DNA of 64,000 bases from Raillietiella orientalis (Eukaryota). The stretch spans positions 4,836,001 through 4,900,000 of the forward strand of contig JAYWIR010000006.1 of NCBI GenBank assembly GCA_036172245.1, in the 5' to 3' direction. Positions 9,869-21,495 of the stretch are shown here, in pieces (within the stretch, counting starts at the first letter, position 1; the number at the start of each line of letters is the position of its first letter). Below the pieces are notes generated by a model. It saw nothing but the letters and a program-made list of their open reading frames with translations. It was not told the DNA's origin and made no database searches. Both the position numbers and the translations under genes were made by a program.

Positions 9869-12800
9869 TTCCCACCCGGTCACGCCGGGGCGTTTATTTC
9901 TAAACTCTGTACATTTGCGGTACGAGGCCCCGCTACGGCCAATAGATCGTGGAGCCTGCTGGGAAGCTGGTGCGCAGACCGGCTTGACTCTCCTCGGCAG
10001 CGGTGGGGATGGGGGAAAACAAAAATAAAAATAAAAGGGAAAACAAAAAAAAGAAACACTTGGGTGGGCCGGGAAGGGATCACTGTCCGCTGGAGGAAGA
10101 GACCATCCTCTTCAGGATGCCCTCGAGGTCCCTCTGCATAGCTCTCAGATGGGACCATCCGATCGCGATTCGCAGGTAATGACCCGCATGTATGATGGGG
10201 TCCCTATCGCTGCTTCCTCTGTTGGCTGCGCTCCACGCAGCCACAATCCCCCGGAGGCAGCAGAGCGCTGCCAGGGCTGAGGCTGGTTGCAGGGCGTCTC
10301 ACATGAAGAGGAGTCGCACAACGTCTCTGGGGGGACTGCCAACCGGCATCCGGAGGGTCGTAGCAGAACGTTCTCACAAGGGCCGGAGGGCAGCGCAGTT
10401 CACTAACAGATGGGGGAAAGATTCCTTCTCCCCGCACACTGCACAGTTCTGTCCCACGTTCCCCAACGTCCAGTGGTGGCGGCGCGCGTTGCAGGGAAGA
10501 CCCCAATGCAACAACAGCAGCGCCGTTTCCTGCCACTTGAGGGGAGGGTGGATGCATCTCTAAATAACGAGGACCACTTTAGGTCATCCACCGGGATGCC
10601 AAGCAGCTCGCCCACCTCTGGATTCCTCGCGGGAGAACGCTTGGGGCCGCGGCGTCAGCCAGTTCCCTCATGGTCCACCCACTTAGATCCTTCTTCTTGC
10701 CCGCATTCCGGCAGGTGACTTGCCACCTCGGTTTCCGGCTGTTATGAAGCGCTCTTCTCAGGAAGGGCAGCGCCGTGGCCAGTGGGGTCGTCTCCGCAAA
10801 AGTGCTTCTGGCGGGACACACGATCATGTTCCGCAGCGTGCAGCGGGTGTAGATGCCGGTACGCAGACGGTTGCAGGATTCTCCACTGAGGTCGTTTAAC
10901 TTTGCCCACGTTTCAACTGTTTCTTCCAGCCATGCGCTGGAGTTGGCGGGGCTGCAGGCCATCCACCCGTTCTCCTTTTCCAGGGTGGCCATGCGTCCTG
11001 GGAGAAGGCCGCATCTTCTTATTTTCCGGCCAAGGCACAGAAGAAAAGACGCGAGTCCTTCAGTCCCTGGCACACGTCTGGCGAGAAGGCGGTCCGGAAC
11101 GCACCAAGGGGTGCTCCACATCTTCGCCGCAATGGCTGGGGTATGACACCGCAGCTGTGTTTCCATTCGCTCCATCGTCAGGACGCTAAGACCTCCGGTC
11201 CCAACATGGAGCGCACAAATCCTCCAGAGGTACACGAGGCCTCCCGCCGCCCCACAGGGCGATGCGCAGGAGGTCCTTCGTTCTCTTTTTCATCTCACGG
11301 GGTACGGGGCAAACAAAAAGCAGGGGGCGAAGGAGGGGGGCTGCGAACGCGTTCCACACCGCGGCCCGTTCCGGCAAGTGAAACTTGCCTCCCAGGAACG
11401 GGCCGATAGCCGACTCCACTTTCTGACGAATACCTGACCAGGCTTCGGACTGGCAGAAGTCCCCGAACGGAACGCCAAGGTACTTTAAGTACCTCTCCTT
11501 GGGAATCCCCAGGCGGATCCAGTCAGGTCATCCTGCCCACCTCACGTTGCACCAGCCGCTACTACCGACGACTTGTTCCTGTTCACCCGTAGTCCTGTCC
11601 TGCGGCTCAGCAGGTCGAAGAAATCCTCGACTGCCAAAGCCGGGGCGGACATGAGCAGCAGGAGCAGAAGATCGTCAGCATACGCCGACGTGGCCGGCGG
11701 CACGAGCTCAGCAAGGCAGCCAAAGTCACCCTGTATGCACTCAGCACCAGTTCGAAATAGGTGCTAAAGAGCAGGGGACTCAGGCTGCACAGACTTCCAA
11801 TAGGCCGCGCGGATCCGACGGCGACAGGCGAGCCCAGGTGCTAACGCTGGGAAATCGGCGTTGCGGCGTCCGTCACCTGTTGGGGCTGGACGCTAGGAGG
11901 TGAAGGGGGGGGTGCTTCAAGCACCTGGTCCCCCTCCTCCATGGGTGCCGACGCGTCAGGCGGGTCGCCCGATGGTGGGGTCTCGCCCCCCTGCTCACCC
12001 TCCGCCATGGGTGTCGCCTATTTTCCGGCTTTCGAGCGTGGGAGATCCCCCTCAGGGGTTACCTCGCTCACGTCAGCTTCCGGCTTCTCCTCCTCGCTGG
12101 TTGACTGGAGGCGCCTCCTAGGATTCTGGGAGTTGCGTCCCGCTTTCCGTGGGGGTGCCCCCGCGGAGGAGGATGAACTTCTGGTCCCCAGGTCAGACTC
12201 ACCTGCCTACGGAACCTTCCTCGCGGCCGGCCTTCACAAGGTCTTTCGCGAGTTTTTCTCACGGCCTTGTAGTTCGGCCGCGAGTTCTTCCGCCGCCTGC
12301 TGGAAGGCGGCCTCCTCGAGCGCGTCGCGCAGTTCCCCCTCTGTTTCCCCAGAGGGTTTGCCATCCACCGTCGCGGCTTCGGCGGACGCGAGGGGGGGGA
12401 TTGCTTCCCCGGTGGCGGCATCGAGTGCCTCCACACACTCTGAAGCCACCGAACACGTGCGGAGTTTTTAGCGGCACGGTTTTTCGCGCGGCGTTTTTTT
12501 CTCCGCGTTTCGTTCGTGACTTTTCTCAACCGACGTTTGCTGGGAGGATTTAGGGACTGGCTTCTGGCTTTTTACAGCCTTTGCCTGTTTTAAGGCATTC
12601 TCTTCTCCCGCTCGAAATAGGTGCTAAAGAGCAGGGGACTCAGGCTGTCGCCCTGCCGGATGCCGCGCCTTACCGGCACGCCGAACACGTTCTGTCCTCT
12701 GAAAAAAACGGTGATGATCGCATTGCGCCAGCAGGCACGCAGGTAGGTCGTTAAGGCGTCCGGGAAGCCCATGAGATCCAGGAGCTCCAAAAGGAGTTTC

Positions 12801-12985
12801 TGGTCCACGCAATCGAACGCTTTGTGCAGATCGACTGCGATCGCTAGAACCCCCTTCCCTCCCTGGTTGTCCCTTACTTGCCGCGCTAACGCCCCCAAAT
12901 CAGGGTTGCCGACATTCCGTCTTTCCTTCTTTTCTTGGTGTTGCACATGGAACCATGTGCTGGCGAAGAACAGGCTCCAAGGACA
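9869..12985 (-). mobile_element. L1/Tx1-like non-LTR retrotransposon, copy C (RT to 3' end), interrupted by an 824-bp insertion
   Basis: RT motifs 'AIAVDLHKAFDCVD', 'RRGIRQGDSLSPLLFSTYFE', 'SAYADDLLLLL', 'TGLRVNRNKS', 'YLKYLGVPFG', then 'GGLSV' and zf-RVT 'NCAVCGEKESFPHLLVNC'. C-terminus 'GWSHLRAMQRDLEGILKRM', T-rich tract, structured end aaataaacgccccggcgtgaccgggtgggaa. Frameshifts and stops indicate it is inactive. Confidence 0.92.
11788..12611 (-). mobile_element. 824-bp insertion flanked by a perfect 36-bp direct repeat; low-complexity ORF1-like content
   Basis: tcgaaataggtgctaaagagcaggggactcaggctg occurs at 11752-11787 and 12612-12647. Removing the insert and one repeat rejoins the RT. 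The insert reads on (-) as a charged, disordered peptide with stops (ELRDALEEAAFQQAAEELAAELQG..STSEEEKPEADVSEVTPEGD). The ORF1 assignment is inference. Confidence 0.75.
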
Positions 12986-13611
12986 AGGGAGCGAGTGGAT
13001 CCAAACTGTGCCAGGAGCGGGAGCGGGGGTCCTCCCGCACCTCCTAGTAGACTGTCTTGCCCTCCAGGCCCTTTAGGGACGCTTTGACACGATCCTTGGA
13101 ACCCCCGGTGGCAATGCGAGAAACGTTTTAAAGTGCCTCTTTCTGCGAGACGCCCTCATGCCGGCCGCATCCCCAGCAGCACTTTGCTGCCCACGCGGAG
13201 GGATCGTGGCTTCATGGAGCATCGTCAGAAGAGGCCAGGACGACAGAAACGCCATTTATTTTGCTGTCCTCTTCATGAGGACAGCATCAAGATGGCCCCA
13301 TCTGGGAGTCTTGAAGCAGGAACTTGCCGGCATCCTTATAAGGATGCAGAGGACGCCCTCCAGCACACAGTGATCCCTTCCCAACCCAACTCCCACTCCA
13401 TTTTTCTGAGTGTATGTTTTTTGCTTTATTTTATTTTATTTTTTGTCTCCTCTTTCCCTGTGCTGCCGAAGCGAACCCTGCTGACCCGCATGCCACTTCC
13501 CGGAAGGCTTCTCCTCCTCGTAGTTGTAACTAACGTAGCAGCATCAAACGTCCTGCCACGTATGTGGGTGTTTATTTTATAAATAAACACCCCGTTGTGG
13601 CCGGGTGTCAA
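12985..13611 (+). mobile_element. L1/Tx1-like non-LTR retrotransposon, copy D (5'-truncated; zf-RVT to 3' end)
   Basis: 'VDPNCAR..VLPHLLVDCLALQAL*..AALCC..GIVASWS..RTASRWPHLGVLKQELAGILIRMQRTPSSTQ*', T-rich tract, hairpin gggtgtttattt-tat-aaataaacaccc (13566-13592), terminus ggccgggtgtcaa. Confidence 0.88.
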
Positions 13612-13790
13612 TTAGTACCGCCGCACCCGAGTAGACCAACCATCGCCATCCTGAGGAGAGACCCGAGCATCCACGATGCAGTCCCCGGTCTCGGCTTTCA
13701 ACCTTCCCCCCAGGCGGTATTCGAACCCGCGACTCCTGGCCAAACAAAAGGCCGCAGCCTACGCAGACCCTTTTGCTTGACCCCATTTGG
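13612..13790 (-). repeat. Repeat M copy 3, tRNA-like head and upstream part
   Basis: Minus strand ggagtcgcgggttcgaataccgcctggggg (B-box/T-arm-like, gcgg/ccgc stem), then gcatcgtggatgctc, then ggttggtctactcgggtgcggcggtact. It ends where the 9694 segment begins. Confidence 0.65.
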
Positions 13791-13799
13791 AAATCTTGT

Positions 13800-15400
13800 C
13801 CACGGACCAATTCCTCCTCGTCCCTTGCAAACGGCAACAACGGGAAGCAGCTCATCTGAACGCGCCCTTCGCCTTGACCTTAGGTCGGCGTATAGCAGCG
13901 TTCCAGTCGCTCCTACGAGACAGCGGGATCATCGCGGTGGGAGACTGCGGTCCAGGTGTTCTCCGCTCCTGAGTTCCTGTCCTCTCTAACTGGAACGGGG
14001 ACGCGGTTCCCAGATTCCCCAGCTACTGTTCTTCCCTCCCTGAGGCATTTGTCCTCCCTGCATCCGAAATTCCGCTCCTCCATCTCCGATGTGCTCTGCT
14101 AGTTCCCCGGCCCCGGATGGACACCCAAATTAAACTGACCTCGCCTTACCTTCCCTCACTTGCTTAACGGTTCGTGACTCTGACGGCTTCCTCCGATGTA
14201 ATGCGACACCCCTCAAGGGTTTCTTGTTCTCTGAAGCGTACTGTTCTGTTCTCTGATCTCTGATGACCATTCCGGAAGAAGAAACTGCCACCTCCTGCAA
14301 ACTGCTGCAAAGGGTAGGCGGTGCTCTGGAATGCGTCTCTGAATATCCGCCGGCTCCTGAGGAATCATCCATCCAGTGAGGTGCCTAAGAGGTGGGATGT
14401 TTTCCTTCTTCCTCCTCTGGCACCTCCGACCCCGTCAAAGGACGCACTCGGAACGCGTCTCAGGAAGGATCTGCTGCCAAACTCTTCTCATCTATGCCAT
14501 CCGGAATCCTCTCGTGCACCTCCTTTCCGCTCTTTCATGCCCCTCCCCTACATCCAGGGGCACATCCGATCTATTCTCCTGCTTGGGGTGAGGACCCCTG
14601 TGCTCTTGTAGAACAGAGTCCCTGCTCTTCCGGGACATCGAGGACAACTCTTTCAAGAGTCCACCACCCACCTGCTGCTGCGAGCCCCTTCGCGGCCTGC
14701 CGACCGCAGGCCAACCCCCGGCAACCCCATCCGTTGCTGCATTCCTGAAGCGGTCCGGGATGTGGAGAATCATCAGAAATCCAGCGCCTTCCAATACGAG
14801 CTTCCGCTTCCGAAGCGCGGGGCTTTCCTTTCGGGAATTGATTCCATCCCCTTTCCCATCCCCTTCCTTTTTGCTTGATCAGGATCCGCCTCCCTTGACG
14901 GCATCGATCGATCCCGTCTCTGAGGATCGCAGGGATGCAGAACCTTATTTTCGTGGGTTCACCGCGTGACTCGCGAGGCCAGTGCGGTCCTCTTTTCTTG
15001 GCTGAATCTGCGAACCTCCATGCTACCCCACATCCTTCGCCTTGAACCCGATTTCCTCCTCTACGTCTTACCTTCAAGAAAAAAGAATCTGCAACAGCTG
15101 TTTTGGATTTTCCTCGGTCTCCCTTCTCCAAACTCTTCCGTTTTCGTAATCTTTCGGTTTTTCAGCTTCACTGGAGAAAAGGAAAAGGGAAGACTTCCTG
15201 TTGCACCAAGTCTGAAAAACACCGCGGCCTCAAGATGCTTCCTCCCTGAAGCTTTGCATGATTCATTTTGATTCTGGAGTGACTTCCAGACCAGCAAAAG
15301 GAGTCCTCCGGACCCAGTACGCAGGCTTGAGTTATTTGGTCCATAACCAAATGACTCGAAGTCTCTCCCTCTCTCAAGAAGAATCGCATTCCTCCTCCAG
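13800..15400 (+). mobile_element. Degenerate Ty3/Gypsy-like pol remnant (RT-RNase H-integrase)
   Basis: In Gypsy order: 'LRLDLRSAYSSVPVAP' (KLDLRSAYHQIPV), 'SISDVLC' (YIDDVL), 'TSDP/SKDALGTRL' (TDASxxALGAVL), 'LPYIQG', 'LDGIDRS..PYFRGF..PVRS' (IN Zn region), 'VLDF/LGLPS', 'VFVIF..SFT', 'IHFDSG' (IxSDxG). Many frameshifts. Confidence 0.55.
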
Positions 15401-15899
15401 AGCCTGAGGGTTCACCGTCTTCGACTTCCGCAAACACTTCCGTAGGGAAACTTTTACTCCCGGACTGCAGGGAGCCCTGTAGAAGCGATGGGATGTGTCT
15501 GTTAGGAGGAGCTTCAGAAGATGGCCTGTCGAGATCCAAAAAGACAGAAAGAAAGAAGGAAAGAAAATGCATCCGCGAGAGTGACTTCGGACGCAGGAAT
15601 CCTGCTGATGATGACGGCGGCCAAATGACCAAGCATCGTACACGATCGACAGTACCGAAAGGGTCGTCCTAGATCTCGAAGCAAATCTCTCACGGGAACG
15701 AGGAATGAGTTTTGGGACCCGGGCTTACCTACTCGGAGTTTCCCGCTACAAACTAGTGCTCACTCAGGTCTGCCAGGTTTCACCTCATTCATCCTCGCCT
15801 CTCTCTTTCTGCACCTGAGTACCTGGGTCTTCTTGCCGGTCTGTCCGTCTGCCTCCCTGTTTATCCTGCTGGAGTGAGAATTACAGTAAATAAGGCGAT

Positions 15900-16640
15900 G
15901 GCTTCCCGTCATGGGATTCGAGTCCCCTCTCCCACTCGGGACGACGTTGGATGATCGCTCGGTTGGCTTCCCCCTTCCCCTGTGCTGCCGAGACAATCCC
16001 GCTGGTCTGAGTACCAGATTCCGGCAGGTTTCTTGTATTTATAAGAAAAGTGGCAGGATAAAACGTCCTGCCACAGACTTGTAAGTTTATTTTAAATAAA
16101 TGCCCCGGTAGACCAGGAGTCAACCCCTCGGGACGACTCTGGATGCCTACTGGGTTGGTTTCGGATGCGGCACTGGTGGAAACTCGATGTCCCCGTTGAC
16201 CCTCCGGGGTCCTCCCAGGAACACTACAGGACACTACAGGGTTCCCCTCCGGTTGTGAGGATGGAGCCGTACCGTGGGGCTGGTTGATGTGTCCCTCGGG
16301 AGTTGCTTCTCCGGACTATCAGAACCACTCTGCTCCCTTCGAAGAGAGCCCTTCAATGACATGTGGAAGCATCCCTTTGGGGTTCTCTTCGGAGGAGGAA
16401 ACAAGAAGTGGCTCCTTTGAGGGTTGCATCCGGAGAAGAAACGAGAAGTGGCCTCCTGCCTTCCGGGGGATCCTTCCGGAGAGGAAAAGGAAGAGGTAGT
16501 TCTCTTCAGAGACATCCAGGGCGCGAGGGTTTCCTCCCAAGCGTCAAGAGGAACGGATTCCTTTCTCCGTAGCCTTCCTGGATTCCGATGAAGAAATGAA
16601 TTCATCCCCTCTCGGGATACCCCCTATCTCGAAGAGTTAC
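15900..16640 (+). repeat. Repeat M copy 4, interrupted by retrotransposon fragment E
   Basis: gtcatgggattcgagtccc, gggttggtttcggatgcggcactggtggaaac, gttgaccctccggggtcc, gggctggttga..ccctcgggagttgc, ggggttctcttcggaggaggaaacaag; colinear with copies 1 and 2. Confidence 0.8.
15971..16123 (+). mobile_element. Copy E: 153-bp 3'-terminal fragment of the L1/Tx1-like element with ~39-bp degenerate target-site duplication
   Basis: Matches the ends of B/C/D (ccctgtgctgccgag..cggcagg..aaacgtcctgccac..gtttattttaaataaa..cccggtagaccaggagtcaa). Flanks 15932-15970 and 16124-16162 are 30/39 identical. Confidence 0.75.
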
Positions 16641-19410
16641 GCTCACCCTCGGGTGGCGTGGAATAGTACTACGAAGGAGCTTCATGAGTCGCTAAGCGAA
16701 CAGCGAAACAGAAAAAAACCCAAGAGGATTTCGATCAATTTTAACCTGGCTTAAAAGATTGGATAACCCGTAATGGGTTTTAGCATTCGAATGTGGTAAG
16801 CATTTCAAACCTATATAAGTCAGGAAAAGAATGATGAGATCAGAGGGGCATCATGCCCCATTTCATGATTGCGAGCTCCGAGCAGCACTACATTATGAGT
16901 ATTTCGTGGATTCGGAAACACTGTGTCTTCTATTAGATCACAACAGTACTGCGTGTACCCAACCACAGTCCTTAATTCGCATATGTAAAAAGTACTAATA
17001 CAGATACACAGTCGATTGCAAAAATAACGTATACCTTGCTACCTTGGACGAAATTACGAATTTAAAACGACTATCTGACTGGAGAAGCCATATCTGCACA
17101 CGTCAGACCGCATTTGATTTTTCCTACAAAAAAAAACAACGTCTTTCTAGTTTTGGTGCTTTGCAATTTAGTGTTTCGCATAATTAACTAAATAGATTCA
17201 ACCACAAGGAAGGCACACGAGATTTAGACTCGATGTGAAGTGCAACAGTTTGATAATGTGCATTCTGATTTACCGTGTAAGTAAAATTCTCAATGGAAAA
17301 GCAAATATCAGCAGAAATGGAGATTAAGAAGGTAAAGAAATTAAAATGAGTAAGAAGTGTATTTTTAAGTAATCTGAATTCAGAATGGTCAGCTGAATTC
17401 TGTGAACTCTTTGAAAAGTCTAAAATTTCAGTCTAAACACGAAAAGTTCATAGAAAATTAGTAATTTGTATTTTTAACATTGGTAATATATAAACTGAAG
17501 CTGGTAAAAATTTGCACTCACAGATGATTCATTATTTTTTGTTCATCCTAAATTGTTCTTCTAGGCTTTTTGATTATACCTAGTATAGTGTCTCTGGAAA
17601 TGGGAAGATGCTTTCGAAATATGAAAATCCCTTCATCGTTCCCGACTTATAGGTTTGAACATCCCGTGAACTTTAACAGATGGCTAGTATGGCTCAATCC
17701 TTGCCCCCTACTGCAACGTTACAATAGTCTTCAGAGAAAATATCGAGCATGACGACAACAAAAATTCAACCTGTCATGTAACTTTTGCAATTAGCTGATA
17801 TCTGCATGAAGTTTCGGTGTCAATTGCAAATCTGGGACGTATTGTGTGCTCCTGGCTTCCCATCATGTTTCGATAAGGAGAGTGAACCTTCACTAGCATG
17901 TTGGGAATCCGATTTTCTGACGAGAGTTTTTATGGTTCTGGAGGCCCCGTTTTATCATCTGGCACCCATGTTGTAAACATTGGCCGATTGTCATTTTTTG
18001 CATGCACTGAAGGAATGATTTTGGTTTTCGTTTAGTTTCAAATTTGTTCACACCATGCGTTGGAAAACGGCTCTTTGAAACCTTTTGCTTCATCCCCTGC
18101 CTGGAATCGTAATGAAGGAAAAGAAATGCGGGAATGCCTTTATCAGCTGCTTTCCCAAGTTGCAGGTATCGAAATCAATTCACTGTCTGAGTTTCAGAGA
18201 AGGACGAAAGTGAAACACTTAAAAAGCTGCCGAGGGACGTTGACTGTGAAATTGCAAAAAGTGACAAGTTTCCGAATCGGGAAAGCTTCTGCGGATAGTA
18301 GAAATGTTTCTTTGTTTGCCATTTGGAAAATTTGTCATTCGTTTGTACTTTGTTCGTGACGTGACTTAATTTTTCATTAAGGGTAGCCGAATTCAAGGTA
18401 TCGTAAACGTGGATGGACTCTGTAAATAATTGATGCACCTGCATCAAATAAATTGCCGTTTATTTAAATCGGGGAAAATTTTTCGAAAGCTTATTATTAA
18501 ATTCCTTGTAATGTGTTTTGAGAAAAAGTGATGCCCACTCTTCGATTTCCCCCCATTTTCAGTGCGTTCCTTTATTCTGGCAGACGAATCGGATTATTAA
18601 ATAATTTTTTGGTTAATTTGCAAATTCGTAAAATAGAGGAATATAAACTACCGAGACTTGGTGTTTGTGTTTTCACATAAATGTGTAGATATTGCATGCG
18701 ATCCCAGTTGGTATTCCAAATTCCTGTTAGAACAGCAAGAAGCTCAATTATCAATAGTCTGCTTATGTCAATATTCTTAGCAATTACAAAAGTGCCTGTT
18801 TAATCGCTTGCTAGTACAAAATTTGAAGCACCGAATAAATTCCCCATCATTAGATGAAGTGTAAAGTTTTTGTTAGCAAGCATCATGTGTTTGTTTGTTA
18901 AACTTGTAGATAACATTGGACTTTCCCACTGTACATACATATTAGTATCAAAATTAAAAGCAATTTTTAAAGCCCGGAATGTAAGCAATAACATTCATGG
19001 AAATATTTTGAGTTTAATTCTTGCCTAGCATCAAAATGAGAATTATTTTTAGTTTTTGTTGATTTGAATTTGAATGCTTTTCTTTTTCTGATCCTGTGCC
19101 TACGATACAAAATTATTTTCAGCCATATTTTTTGCTGCTTTCTACCTTTATTTTGCATTAGTTTAATAATGATTATGCATGTGCAGGTGAAAATGAAAGA
19201 ACAACAAAATTTATTTAATGCATTACTTTACATGGAAATCAAAGGAGATACAGTGTAAATGGATTCCGGAGTGAATCCAAAAATTGTTTTTCTGTTCCTC
19301 TGTGATCATTGTATTTATAACCATCTAAAGCAAATATTTTATAAGCAAGTGAATGGAGCATTTTTCATTCAGATTTATGTAAACATGTAAACAGATTTGA
19401 AGAAGGTGTT

Positions 19411-19427
19411 TCTCTCTCTCTCTCTCT
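19411..19427. repeat. (TC)n microsatellite / polypyrimidine tract
   Basis: tctctctctctctctct immediately upstream of the acceptor at 19437-19438. Confidence 0.7.
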
Positions 19428-19438
19428 TTCATTTGTAG

Positions 19439-21495
19439 AAGAATGATATAACAGCATATACAAAACTGCAGAATGGATTCCATCAAAAATTTTACCAACA
19501 TAAAATACTAATATTACCAAACTTACTACTTCAAAGACAGGTTTGTTGTTTCCTGTTTAAGTAGTTCTGATCTTGAACTTCATTAATTCAAAAGTTCTGA
19601 TTTACTGAGTACTATTTCAATGACAGTAGTGCGATTGTATCCTGTGTGCCTGTTTTCATTCCTTTAAATTCATGGATGTGTTTCAACCATGCTTTCCATG
19701 CTGTTCCAGAGTATTTTGCCTATTGCATGCCACCATTCAATTAATCTGTATCTCAGTTGCCCTTATGTTTATGCGAAAAAAAAAATAAAATTTTGCACTA
19801 TGTTAAGCTCTGAGATTTTGTTTGCATCCCTTTGCAATTTCAGGATTCAGTGATTTGTTCTGTTATTAAGTGTTTGAATTTGTAATTTAGACTGGAATCC
19901 ATGGTACCTGTACCTTTACTCCTGCAAATCGTTGCTATATTAGCTCTTGTTTCCTTCCTAATGAGTTAGATGCTGTAACAATCTATAAAAACAAAGCCTT
20001 TTGTGGTACATATTCAAATAATGGAGACTTATTTTTGTCTGCTTGTCAAGGTTAGTATCAATGAACACTTATCCAATTCCGACCATTAGATACGTACGTC
20101 CGTGTTTTTGACACATCCAAGGGGCAATTCCATCTAAAAAAAGAAATCAAGGCAAAAAACGTGGGCTGGAGCATTTTGGATACTGCATTTAGCCCCACTT
20201 GTCAGTTCATTGCATATAGCAGTTGGTCTGAAGCTCGTATGTTATTGCACTTGAATGTTGTTTGGTCACTTTTTGTATTGTTTTTAGTCCATTTGTGTGA
20301 CATTAGCGATGAGTGTAGTTTTCATGGAACTCTAGCAATGTTTCCAGAAAACAGGCAGTTTTGTATATTCTCTTTGACATTTTCGCATGATGGTAGTGAA
20401 ATACTAGGTGGAGCAAATGATCGTTGTTTGTACATATGCAACATTGAAAATAGCAGAAATAAGTGGTTAAAGGTAAACGCAGCTGACATTTATTCTGCAA
20501 TGATGATGTTCTTTGTAGATTGAGTGCCATGATGATGATGTCAATGTGGTTGCATTTGCAGATGAAAGTTCACAAATTTTGTTCAGTGGAAGCGATGATG
20601 GCTTGTGCAAAGTGAGCAGCAAATGATTATACATATTAGGCCCTCTTTATTCAAATCACACAGGGAATTATCTTGACCAAGAGTGGAAAATGATCTTATC
20701 TGTGCACATTCAATTTACGCTTATTCATGTTTCTTTTTGAAAGGCCTGGGATAGAAGGATTCTCAGTGAATCCAATGCTAAACCAGTAGGAGTACTTGCT
20801 GGTCATAAAGATGGAATTGTCTTCATTGATTCAAGGGGTGATGGGCGTTACCTTATTACTAACTGTAAAGATCAGACCATCAAGCTATGGGACATGCGAG
20901 TATTTTCATCCACACTTGGTCAAGATAACACTCGCAAAGCAGTAGGAAGACACAAATGGGATTATCGTTGGCATAGTGTTCCAGCAGCCTGTAAATTAGT
21001 GTGTTGATTGTTCGTGTTGTTATCACGTTTTGTCTTAGTGGATCCGTCAAAAAGTGCACTTGCGGGTGACTCATCTGTCATGACATACTATGGCCACACT
21101 GTACTGCAGACTTTAATTCGTTCTCGTTTTTCTCCCGTTCATACGACTGGCCAGCAGTACATTTATACTGGATCTTCGATGGGTGCCATATTCAGTATGT
21201 ATAAAGGAATCAGGAATGTAATTGTTTCTTGTGTAACTGTTGCAGTTTATAACTTGCTTACTGGACACATTGAAAAACTTCTTCAAGGGCATGAAGAATG
21301 CGTAAGAGATGTAGCATGGCATCCTTATTCGAATGAAATTATTAGCAGCTCGGTAAGAAAGAATGTTGCTGTTTTGGTGGTGCTGGAGTGTAAATGTCCC
21401 CCCCCCCCCTTTTCTTTTTTTTTTAGTGGGACTCCACGCTGAGAAAATGGACTTACCAAAACAAAGAGGGATTGCGATCGTTAATACACTTGTAA
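19439..21495 (+). CDS. DCAF11: DDB1- and CUL4-associated factor 11 (WDR23/WDR-23), WD40 CRL4 substrate receptor; multi-exon, 5' start not resolved
   Basis: Exons with GT-AG boundaries and continuous frame: 19439-19540, 19891-20050, 20090-20236, 20288-20472, 20519-20611, 20744-20990, 21039-21194, 21246-21352, 21427-21495 (TAA). Peptides FLPNE..KAFCGTYS.NG..FLSACQD, NVGWSILDTAFSP, ILGGANDRCLY, HDDDVNVVAFADESSQILFSGSDDGLCKAWDRR, GHKDGIVFIDSRGDGRYL..KDQTIKLWDMR, WDYRW, GDSSVMTYYGHTVLQTLIRSRFSPVHTTGQQYIYTG, CVRDVAWHP..ISSSWD match DCAF11 closely. Confidence 0.95.

Noticed and set aside
83..9875. Long ORFs in the GC-rich region (e.g. 83-718, 7029-7802, 7943-8710, 8826-9875) as host genes
   Set aside because: They are expected by chance at high GC, overlap degenerate retroelement or repeat sequence, and show no coherent domain.
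17043..17123. Minus-strand segment with good splice sites
   Set aside because: All three frames contain stops and no partner exons were identified; at most a non-coding exon.
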